From: a virus
Length of the DNA stretch: 47,470 bases
Strand: one strand, 5' to 3'
IMG/VR virus record: IMGVR_UViG_3300045988_055181
Coordinates: 1 to 47,470 of that record
Position 1 is the first letter of the stretch; each line of letters opens with the position of its first letter. A model generated the notes under the pieces. That model was not told the DNA's origin. It saw nothing but the letters and a program-made list of their open reading frames with translations, and made no database searches. Below are positions 1 through 6,133 of the stretch, in pieces. The position numbers and the translations under genes were made by a program.

Positions 1-92
1 TCGCCCGTGTTCGTGGCGGCGCTCTGGTTGCCCGTGTTCGTGGCGGCGCTCCAGTTGCCCGTGTTCGTGGCGGCGCTCTGGTCGCCCGTGTT
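1..92. repeat. 27-bp tandem repeat GCCCGTGTTCGTGGCGGCGCTCyrGTy (left end of the array that also covers 47319..47470)
   Basis: Direct reading. Positions 1-55 are identical to 47416-47470. Confidence 0.95.
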
Positions 93-461
93 ACTCTCTT
101 TCGCGCTCTTAAAATCCACTTTTTCCAGAATGGACTTCACGCCAGCCTGAATCAGCCCCGAAAGGCCAATCTCTGTTTCAATCTTGATTTTTTTTCCAAC
201 CCGCTTGCTGTCCTTCTCAGTCTGCTCGTTAGTATCCAAATCTACCTCGCAGTAACGCGAATCTGCCGGGTTGTAGTATCCGAATACGTCCATCGGGTTC
301 TCGCAGGCGAGGAAACCCTTGCGGCAAATATCCGCCGCGTTTTCCTCGTACTCTTTGCCGATTTCGTACTGAAAACCACGGCATTTCAAGTCCTTGTCAA
401 AGCCTTTGTAGCATTTCACTTGCTTTTTCTCCTCTCCGGTGCTATAATCACCGTGAAACAT
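1..461 (-). CDS. N-terminal part of a 253-aa nonapeptide-repeat protein that spans the contig junction (continues 47415..47115)
   Basis: Minus-strand ATG at 461, open to position 1. The frame continues exactly across the 55-nt end overlap. Translation: MFHGDYSTGEEKKQVKCYKGFDKDLKCRGFQYEIGKEYEE..., then (SAATNTG[DN][WQR]) repeats. The RBS is weak. Confidence 0.65.
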   Translation of the reverse strand, partial: MFHGDYSTGEEKKQVKCYKGFDKDLKCRGFQYEIGKEYEENAADICRKGFLACENPMDVFGYYNPADSRYCEVDLDTNEQTEKDSKRVGKKIKIETEIGLSGLIQAGVKSILEKVDFKSAKESNTGDQSAATNTGNWSAATNTGNQSAATNTG

Positions 462-510
462 TTTTTCTTTGCCGCTGATTGGGTATCCTACCACCCGTCA
501 GCGGCTTTTC

Positions 511-786
511 TCATGCCTGTTCCGGGATTTCCAGTTTTCCGGTGATCGGTGCAAAGCACTGCGGGTATGTGTTGCCACAGCCGTCCGACCAAAACAGGAA
601 CATCCAGCCCATCCGGTTTACCGTCCAGTGCTTGAACCCTTGCTTCTCAACGTATTTCTGCTGTGCTTTCAGCGATTCGCGGGAGCAAATATCGTCCGGC
701 TGAAAATCCAAACCGCCCTTGCGTCGCGGTGCAAACCGCATCACCCGCTCAGTATCAAACACCGATCCGTTGATTTTTACAATCAT
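511..786 (-). CDS. hypothetical protein (91 aa)
   Basis: GGGAGG RBS. ATGA overlap with the stop of the upstream gene. Starts MIVKINGSVFDTERV... Confidence 0.6.
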   Translation of the reverse strand: MIVKINGSVFDTERVMRFAPRRKGGLDFQPDDICSRESLKAQQKYVEKQGFKHWTVNRMGWMFLFWSDGCGNTYPQCFAPITGKLEIPEQA

Positions 787-1418
787 TTGATTTCCTCCCA
801 TTCGAACGACCCGTGACCGCCGTTCCTCCACTGGCCGATGCCGCGCAGCGCTCCGTAGTCCAACCACTCACGAACCGCTTTCTCGTGGTTCTCGTCCAGC
901 AACAGGACGGTAAACTTACAAGTCGTGCCCGCCGGTACTTCCTCGCTGGAACTTAGCGCCACCCGCTCGCCCTGTGCCGTCTGCGCACGCAGCGGACGCT
1001 GGCAGATGGTAATGTCCTTGCCCTCCGGCAGTTCCAACACAATCTTTCGCGGCTGCACGAAAATCAGTCCGTCGATGACCTTCTTGTACGCCGTCAGCTT
1101 GCCGGACTCGTTTACCGCCTTTTTCTTCTTGCCGGTCTCGGGGTCCTTGCCGGTCAGACGCGCCAGCATCGAGCAGGCGTCTTTGAAAAACCCCTTTACC
1201 TGATAGTCGTACAGGAACGGCTTGCCGTCCTCGTCACGGGGGAATACCGTTGTGCCGCGCTCAACCACCGCGTCAGAACCGAGTGCCGCGACTTCCTCGG
1301 GCAGCGTTGCCGCGTCCGGTGCCTTACCGCCGATAAAGCGGGTGTAGATTTCCTCGTCTGCCGGACTGGTTCCCAGCAGACTTTCGGTGAATGTCAGCTT
1401 AATGTTCAGTTTCTTCAT
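783..1418 (-). CDS. early protein of unknown function with RAMP/Cas7-like motifs (211 aa)
   Basis: AGGAGGG RBS 8 nt before the ATG at 1418. Motifs: LNIKLTFTESLLGTSP, VFPRDEDGKPFLYDYQVKGFFKDA, and the C-terminal glycine loop GIGQWRNGGHG. The CDS call is solid. The fold assignment is only an inference. Confidence 0.7.
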   Translation of the reverse strand: MKKLNIKLTFTESLLGTSPADEEIYTRFIGGKAPDAATLPEEVAALGSDAVVERGTTVFPRDEDGKPFLYDYQVKGFFKDACSMLARLTGKDPETGKKKKAVNESGKLTAYKKVIDGLIFVQPRKIVLELPEGKDITICQRPLRAQTAQGERVALSSSEEVPAGTTCKFTVLLLDENHEKAVREWLDYGALRGIGQWRNGGHGSFEWEEIK

Positions 1419-1451
1419 GTTTTTTGCCCTCCTGTTTTTTCTGTTTGTCAT

Positions 1452-1870
1452 TGTGTTGCTTCGCCATTCCCTCGCAGAACTTTGCTCCGTATCGCCATGC
1501 CATTGCTTTGCCTTGGCAGTTCTCTGCTTTGCTCAGTTGCTCTATGCTCTGCCTTCGCAGTGCGGTGCGACGCCTTGCCATTCAGTTGCAATGTGTCACG
1601 CTGCAATGCTGTCTTTGCTGTCGCCTCGCATGCCCGTGCTGTGGTGCCTTGCTTTTGTCATGTTTGGCATATCTCAGCTTAGCCACTGCTCTGTTCTTCG
1701 TTGTGAGGCCGTGCTATGCCCTCGCTATGCTCTGCGTTGCTTAGCCGATCTATGCCCTCGCTACGCATTGCTTTGCTGTGCTGTGCTGTGCCTTTGCTCT
1801 GTTCTTCTCAGCCTTACAGTGCTATGCCCTCGCTACGCTCGGCGATGCTATGCCTTTCCGTTGCAACGCT
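1452..1870. other. strand-asymmetric (A-poor on the + strand) tract with direct repeats and no convincing ORF
   Basis: Hand count gives about 43 A in 420 nt (1441-1860). CTATGCCCTCGCTAyGC occurs at 1714, 1750 and 1822. A 45-nt imperfect repeat occurs at 1687-1731 and 1795-1839. CATTGCTTTGC occurs at 1501 and 1766. Confidence 0.8.
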
Positions 1871-1987
1871 GATCTTCTTCGCGCTCTCGCGCATTTGCAA
1901 GCCGTACTTAGCCGCCGTCATCGCCTTGCCGATAACCCGGCGCTGCATGTCTTTGACTTTCAGCGTCTTGCGTCTTGCTTCCGTCAT
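1814..1987 (-). CDS. small basic protein (57 aa)
   Basis: GGGGAG RBS. Starts MTEARRKTLKVKDMQRR... Its 3' end runs into the repeat tract, so the call is uncertain. Confidence 0.4.
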   Translation of the reverse strand: MTEARRKTLKVKDMQRRVIGKAMTAAKYGLQMRESAKKISVATERHSIAERSEGIAL

Positions 1988-2003
1988 ATCCTGTTTTCTC
2001 CCC

Positions 2004-2201
2004 TCAGCGATATCTCTGCCGGTGCTCATAGGCCGCAAGCAGTACGCTTGCCCTTGCGGCTACAAATCCGACTGCCAGCAGCGCCAGCATGATAGCCGCA
2101 CCGCTGAACAGGTCAATGCGGCCATTCTCAGTCATGCCACCAGAGAGCAGGACACCGAGAAAACACATTCCTGCAAGCCATCCATAGCGTCTGTAGGTCA
2201 T
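2004..2201 (-). CDS. small membrane protein (65 aa, two hydrophobic helices)
   Basis: AGGGGA RBS 9 nt upstream of the ATG. Sequence: MTYRRYGWLAGMCFLGVLLSGG...AAIMLALLAVGFVAA. Confidence 0.55.
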   Translation of the reverse strand: MTYRRYGWLAGMCFLGVLLSGGMTENGRIDLFSGAAIMLALLAVGFVAARASVLLAAYEHRQRYR

Positions 2202-2230
2202 TGGTTTCAATCCCCTTTCGCGGTTTCTTG

Positions 2231-2275
2231 TAACCCTCTCACTACGTTCGAGGGTTATTCTTTTCTTTCTTTCTT
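2231..2275 (+). terminator. stem-loop (TAACCCTC/GAGGGTTA) followed by a T-rich tract
   Basis: 8-bp stem at 2231-2238/2250-2257, then TTCTTTTCTTTCTTTCTT. No credible + strand gene lies upstream, so its function is unclear. Confidence 0.35.
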
Positions 2276-2357
2276 AGAAAGTTAAATTAATATATATTCG
2301 ACCGTAGGGAGAATATATATATACTTCTTTTCTTTCTTTGTTACTTTCTTTCTTAAG
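2258..2357. repeat. AT-rich inverted repeat flanked by direct polypyrimidine repeats
   Basis: ATATATATTC (2290-2299) and GAATATATAT (2311-2320) are separated by an 11-nt spacer. TTCTTTTCTTTCTTT occurs at 2258-2272 and 2325-2339. Confidence 0.8.
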
Positions 2358-2362
2358 CCTCG

Positions 2363-2383
2363 GTGTGTTATCTGTGTGTTATC
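2363..2383. promoter_or_regulatory. two tandem 11-bp iterons GTGTGTTATC
   Basis: Copies at 2363 and 2374. The same motif is found in the 2644-2698 array. Confidence 0.6.
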
Positions 2384-2400
2384 GGTCTGTTGTTGGAGTG

Positions 2401-2622
2401 TTAAGCAGACGCTTCCGCCTGCACCAATCGGTTAGCCACATCGGCCACATGATAGCGACCGCCAGTTAAACGCGGAACACCATCTAGATAACGCTGTACG
2501 GTACGATAACTAACGCCAAACCAGTCTTTTAACTGTTTTGTGGTAATATATTCGCACCCTGCGAACGTGCGTAAACGGCCTTCAACCGTGCGCCTGCGGT
2601 TGCTTAATTCCGTTGCTGTCAT
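2401..2622 (-). CDS. small helix-turn-helix DNA-binding protein (73 aa; excisionase- or regulator-like)
   Basis: GGAGGG RBS. HTH-like segment ITTKQLKDWFGVSYRTVQRYLDG. Confidence 0.6.
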   Translation of the reverse strand: MTATELSNRRRTVEGRLRTFAGCEYITTKQLKDWFGVSYRTVQRYLDGVPRLTGGRYHVADVANRLVQAEASA

Positions 2623-2643
2623 TCGTTCAACCCTCCGCTTTCT

Positions 2644-2698
2644 GTGTGTTATTGGTGTGTTATTAGTATGTTGCTTAGTGTGTTGATGGTGTGTTATC
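2644..2698. promoter_or_regulatory. five 11-bp phased iterons (GTGTGTTAT and variants)
   Basis: Copies start at 2644, 2655, 2666 (degenerate), 2678 and 2689, directly upstream of the HTH gene. Confidence 0.6.
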
Positions 2699-2804
2699 AC
2701 TCATCATCGTCGTTGCCACAACGCAGCATCGCACACACAATAAGCAGCGCCATTTCAACGCCCAGTGTTGCCAGCACTCCGGCAACAAAAGGTGGAATAT
2801 ACAT
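2697..2804 (-). CDS. 35-aa hydrophobic micro-protein
   Basis: GGAGGTG RBS 7 nt before the ATG. Sequence MYIPPFVAGVLATLGVEMALLIVCAMLRCGNDDDE. Too short to appear in the ORF track. Confidence 0.4.
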   Translation of the reverse strand: MYIPPFVAGVLATLGVEMALLIVCAMLRCGNDDDE

Positions 2805-2819
2805 CGGTGTTCACCTCCG

Positions 2820-2848
2820 TTGTGTGTCCTCTCTCGGCGTGTTATAAT
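2820..2848 (+). promoter_or_regulatory. sigma70-type promoter TTGTGT-17-TGtTATAAT (extended -10)
   Basis: -35 at 2820-2825, TG at 2840-2841, TATAAT at 2843-2848. It sits 22 nt upstream of the 2871 ATG. Confidence 0.55.
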
Positions 2849-2870
2849 GACCGAGAAAGGAGGTGTTGTC

Positions 2871-3110
2871 ATGCGTTTACCATTAGGTCCTCAACTCAAA
2901 AACATTGAGCAGGAAGCCGAATTGGAGTTCCGCGAATCCATCCAAAATCAGATGGACGAAGAACGCCGCTTGCGTGAAGAATCAGACGAAAAAGAACATA
3001 AATTCACGCTGAAATGGAACCGTATCAATTTAACGGTTGCGCTTATCGGCGTCCTATTTGGAATTGCCGGTTTTGTTGTCGGATTGCTTGCTCTCCTCGC
3101 TACGCATTAA
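2871..3110 (+). CDS. 79-aa C-terminally membrane-anchored protein (opposite strand to its neighbours, own promoter)
   Basis: AAAGGAGG RBS. Charged coiled N-terminal region, then the TM segment LTVALIGVLFGIAGFVVGLLALLA. Confidence 0.6.
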   Translation: MRLPLGPQLKNIEQEAELEFRESIQNQMDEERRLREESDEKEHKFTLKWNRINLTVALIGVLFGIAGFVVGLLALLATH

Positions 3111-3200
3111 CATGATCTGATAGACCACGCTGCACGAGCACCAACCAATCGAAAAAGCCGACAGGCAAAGGGCGATAATCTTTAGTGCCACGCTCTCACC

Positions 3201-3440
3201 TCATTCCGTAGAGCCGAAGTCCGGCCGCGCCTGAACGATCAATCGCGGTTTTCCGCTTTCATCGTCACCGTTGTACTGTACGCTGCCGCACGTTACTTCA
3301 AGTGTCAGCAAAGGCATTTGACCGCCCTTGTGCTCCAGTTTGTAGCCCATGCAGCCATACCGCATATCTACGCCGTCAACCGACAGCTCTTGACACTTTC
3401 CGTCGCGGTAGCTGATCTTGACATTTCGGAATTTTCCCAT
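3201..3440 (-). CDS. hypothetical protein (79 aa)
   Basis: GGAGGTG RBS. ORF-track entry. Confidence 0.6.
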   Translation of the reverse strand: MGKFRNVKISYRDGKCQELSVDGVDMRYGCMGYKLEHKGGQMPLLTLEVTCGSVQYNGDDESGKPRLIVQARPDFGSTE

Positions 3441-3457
3441 GTCCTTCTCACCTCCGC

Positions 3458-3667
3458 TTATGCGCTCTCGTTGTCATGGCGGTCGATACCCAGCAGATAA
3501 TCAACCGAGCAATTGAACAGTTCCGCCATTTTTTCAAGAACATCCGAAGAAATCGGGGAACCATTTACATACTTGCCGTATGTTTTCTGAGAGATGCCCA
3601 GTTTTTCGGAAAGCTCATTTTTCGTCATGCCCGCACGGGCACGCTCAGCCTCGATATTCATTCTCAT
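3458..3667 (-). CDS. Cro-like XRE-family HTH regulator (69 aa)
   Basis: GGAGGTG RBS. Sequence ...RARAGMTKNELSEKLGISQKTYGKYVNG... Divergent from the CI-like gene. Confidence 0.8.
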   Translation of the reverse strand: MRMNIEAERARAGMTKNELSEKLGISQKTYGKYVNGSPISSDVLEKMAELFNCSVDYLLGIDRHDNESA

Positions 3668-3712
3668 AATATTCACCTCCTCGAAATTTGAGTATCTCGA
3701 ACCTTTAACTAT

Positions 3713-3741
3713 ATGATATTCTATTTACTCGAATTTGTCAA
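3713..3741 (-). promoter_or_regulatory. early lytic promoter TTGACA-17-TATCAT
   Basis: Read on the minus strand: -35 = 3736-3741, -10 = 3713-3718. A CTCGAA box (3728-3733) lies in the spacer. Confidence 0.6.
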
Positions 3742-3784
3742 CCCCTTACCAGAAAAAAAGTTCGAGCAGATAGAATTTTTTGTG

Positions 3785-3816
3785 TTGACTTAGGTCACAA
3801 TAAGGTATACTATATA
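3785..3816 (+). promoter_or_regulatory. promoter for the CI-like gene (TTGACT plus a TATACTATATA -10 region)
   Basis: TTGACT at 3785-3790. Overlapping -10 candidates at 3806-3816. Confidence 0.5.
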
Positions 3817-3839
3817 AGCAAGAGGAAGGAGTGAACAGA

Positions 3840-4265
3840 ATGAGCACAAGAATAGCCGACGCTCGCAAAGCCATAGGTATGACGCAACGGACTTTAGCAG
3901 AAAAACTCGGGATTGCAGCAAGTACATTAAACGGCTATGAGAAGGGAAATCACAAGCCGGATTCGGATGTACTGATCGCAGTATCATCTATAACAGGATG
4001 TACCATAGATTATCTGTTGAACCGGGTCGATGGATTCCACGACTATTACGGCAAAGAAAAAGCCCCTGCCCCGGCCAAAGCCGAAACAGGGGAAGTAACT
4101 GCAGAACAGATCATGCAAGCCTTTGTATCAGCAGGATTTGTGCCTGCTGGACAGGATTTGACGGATGAGGATTTACGGTTCCTTCAATCCATCTTTGCAG
4201 CTATCGCAAACTGGTTCGCCAGCCGCGATGCACGATCGGCTGACAGCGACAAAAGCACGCAGTAA
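3840..4265 (+). CDS. CI-like XRE-family repressor (141 aa)
   Basis: N-terminal HTH IGMTQRTLAEKLGIAASTLNGYEKG plus a C-terminal extension. Position is typical for a lysogeny repressor. Confidence 0.8.
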   Translation: MSTRIADARKAIGMTQRTLAEKLGIAASTLNGYEKGNHKPDSDVLIAVSSITGCTIDYLLNRVDGFHDYYGKEKAPAPAKAETGEVTAEQIMQAFVSAGFVPAGQDLTDEDLRFLQSIFAAIANWFASRDARSADSDKSTQ

Positions 4266-4434
4266 CCGCTGCGGATTATCAAAAGTATTGAGATAGGCCG
4301 CGAGTGCCTGATAATTGGGATACTGATTTTCCATGTTGGTTTCCTGCCTCTCTTGATACTTCTTGATACTATGGTATTACCAATATAAGGCAATATCAAG
4401 TGAAATCGTCCGTCAAGTTATGACAATATTATAT

Positions 4435-4452
4435 ATCGAACATTTGTTCGAT
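4435..4452. promoter_or_regulatory. perfect 18-bp palindrome ATCGAACA-TT-TGTTCGAT
   Basis: Direct reading. It shares the TCGAAC half-site with boxes at 3696-3702 and 3760-3766 in the switch region. Confidence 0.5.
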
Positions 4453-4523
4453 TCAAGGGCGAGTTTTCAGATTACAAGTAAAGTCCAATAAACAGGACTT
4501 ATGCAACACGGGAGAGTGTCAAA

Positions 4524-5609
4524 ATGAGTTACGAGGTTTGCTTTTACAACGGACGTATATCATTCATCTTTCCCAAACCTGCTGGTGCTCTTTATGACAA
4601 TCGAGATATTATCTACGATGCAGAAAGAATATCCGTAGATGGTGAAGCGCATGATTTAACATCTATTTCGTCCATTGAATCTATTCCAGTTCCTACTTTT
4701 GACAATTCAATATCGGTGCACGATGGTTTAGGTGTCACCGGTTCGTTGGAATATGTTCTAAGGATGCATGCAAGCAGGCTGTGGAAAATTGAAAAGTACG
4801 ACTTAGCACTTGCATGTATAGAGAAAGCAACCGAAATCATGTTTGAATCGCCCATCGGTTGGAGTGAAAACGATTTCTACCGCGTCGTGCAATGGTACGA
4901 GGAAATCGGAAGATTTTCCAAAGCCTTAGAGTGGCAGCATAAAATCGAGGAAAACTCAAATAAAATCTCGGTTGGCGCTACACTCAGAACCCGCATCTAC
5001 AATGAGGTAAAAATCAACTGTCTGGCCATGGGCACAGATCTTGTTTTGATTCCATGGGAAAACGGAAGAAGTGCAGTGTCTGCCAAATATCAAGGGCGTG
5101 TGTATACCATGCACGGAAATGATTGGCGTTTCCCTAAGCTCCCGAAATTCATTCTAAAGACCGGATATGTAGAGCCAGACGGCGCGTTCGTTCGATTCCC
5201 TATAGTCTTTTTCGACGACAGAAACCAAGATAGGATTTATTATAAAGGCGAAGAACAGCCTATGCTTCACACAAGCTGGAGGCCGTTTGTTGATGATCGA
5301 GACGAAGACGAGATCGAAGTATACAACGAATTGCAGCGCAGGATTCGTCACGACAAAGAGCGTAGGTTAAACCACAGTATATATTACCGTGTAAGGTATC
5401 TTCTTCCTGACCTATGTCCTAAATCTCTCAGCGGATTCACTCGTATAAAAAATCAGAACTCCGCCAAATATCAAAAGCTGGTAGAGGAACTAAGCGGTCT
5501 CGGCTTTACGATTCCAGATACTACAATAGCGATTGAAGAACCAATAGACCCGGAACCAAACTACCACGGAGGACGGATTATAAAACCGTTTATTCTGCCG
5601 TGGAAGTGA
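4524..5609 (+). CDS. orphan 361-aa protein, visibly AT-richer than the rest of the genome (accessory or moron gene)
   Basis: Long ORF between the repressor and the integrase. Possible TPR-like helical stretch (LALACIEKATEIMFES...WYEEIGRFSKALEWQHKIEE). No catalytic motif recognised. Confidence 0.75.
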   Translation: MSYEVCFYNGRISFIFPKPAGALYDNRDIIYDAERISVDGEAHDLTSISSIESIPVPTFDNSISVHDGLGVTGSLEYVLRMHASRLWKIEKYDLALACIEKATEIMFESPIGWSENDFYRVVQWYEEIGRFSKALEWQHKIEENSNKISVGATLRTRIYNEVKINCLAMGTDLVLIPWENGRSAVSAKYQGRVYTMHGNDWRFPKLPKFILKTGYVEPDGAFVRFPIVFFDDRNQDRIYYKGEEQPMLHTSWRPFVDDRDEDEIEVYNELQRRIRHDKERRLNHSIYYRVRYLLPDLCPKSLSGFTRIKNQNSAKYQKLVEELSGLGFTIPDTTIAIEEPIDPEPNYHGGRIIKPFILPWK

Positions 5610-5619
5610 TACGCGAAAT

Positions 5620-5890
5620 AAAAGGGTGTCGCGTTTCGCTACTCCCCATCGAATAGCGTCGCGATTTGCGACGGAATACCGTCGGTTTAAGCTACGGTAC
5701 TTTCGAGTAAAAATGTCCGTAACTGCAACCCGGTCAAAATTGTCTGGGTTCGGTGATGGGGTTTTGCTCAATTTTGAGCAAAAGGGTAAGGGTATAAGTT
5801 GAACTGACACCCCTCGGTTATGAGTCCCTGATTTAGGGGCTCAGTTAAACCGGACAGCGTTTCGCACAAAAATGTGCGAAAGTATTTTCA
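5620..5890 (+). ncRNA. candidate structured RNA or 3' UTR element ending in an intrinsic terminator
   Basis: Nested long-range helices GGGTGTC (5624-5630)/GACACCC (5806-5812) and CCCCATC (5644-5650)/GATGGGG (5755-5761), plus at least 6 local hairpins. A U-G pair (5825/5839) in one hairpin favours the + sense. Confidence 0.4.
5860..5890 (+). terminator. intrinsic terminator (TTTCGCACA-AAAA-TGTGCGAAA, then GTATTTTC)
   Basis: 9-bp stem followed by a T-rich tail. Confidence 0.55.
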
Positions 5891-5944
5891 AAGCCCATGA
5901 CACAGTAGGCATGGCTCGAAGCCAATCTAAAAGGCTTAGAGCGT

Positions 5945-6118
5945 ATGCAAAACTCAATCGAATTCATGCTGCACGATCTCGCGCAGTATGATGAGACACA
6001 AAAAATCGCCCGTCAATCTCGGCTGACGACAATATTCAATCAGCTTACCGAGGACGGGCAGGAAAAAGCATTGGATTTCCTTGAAATCATGCTCGGAAAT
6101 CCGAAGTATAAGAAATAA
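5945..6118 (+). CDS. 57-aa hypothetical protein
   Basis: ATG to TAA. Sequence MQNSIEFMLHDLAQYDETQKIARQSRLTTIFNQLTEDGQEKALDFLEIMLGNPKYKK. Weak RBS. Too short to appear in the ORF track. Confidence 0.35.
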   Translation: MQNSIEFMLHDLAQYDETQKIARQSRLTTIFNQLTEDGQEKALDFLEIMLGNPKYKK

Positions 6119-6133
6119 AAGGGAAGTGGAATT

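Noticed and set aside
1-55. 55-bp direct terminal repeat as physical genome ends (DTR or cos)
   Set aside because: The identity is exactly at the contig ends, lies inside a coding tandem repeat, keeps an ORF in frame when merged, and has the size of a typical assembler k-mer overlap. This is more likely a circularisation artefact of a circularly permuted (pac-type) or circular molecule.
1452-1813. Stop-codon reassignment (an alternative genetic code) explaining the interrupted SEGIA-repeat frame
   Set aside because: The frame is closed by both TAA and TGA within a few codons (TAA GGC TGA). TAG, TGA and TAA are all used as genuine stops of well-supported genes elsewhere in the window.
1387-2285. 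Cys/Leu-rich + strand ORFs (161, 106, 66, 189 and 104 aa)
   Set aside because: All three + frames stay open simply because the strand is A-depleted and stop codons need A. There is no RBS, the composition is implausible, and the ORFs are antisense to RBS-supported minus-strand genes.
3040-3191. 52-aa GTG-initiated minus-strand ORF downstream of the 3201 gene, and a 53-aa minus ORF at 4173-4334
   Set aside because: Each would overlap the 3' end of a well-supported plus-strand gene in antisense by 70-90 nt. The RBS spacing is marginal, and there is no supporting feature.
5620-5890. Retron msr/msd or type III toxin-antitoxin RNA
   Set aside because: No reverse transcriptase or ToxN/AbiQ-like gene is present. 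The RNA has no tandem identical repeats, and there are no flanking a1/a2 inverted repeats typical of retrons.
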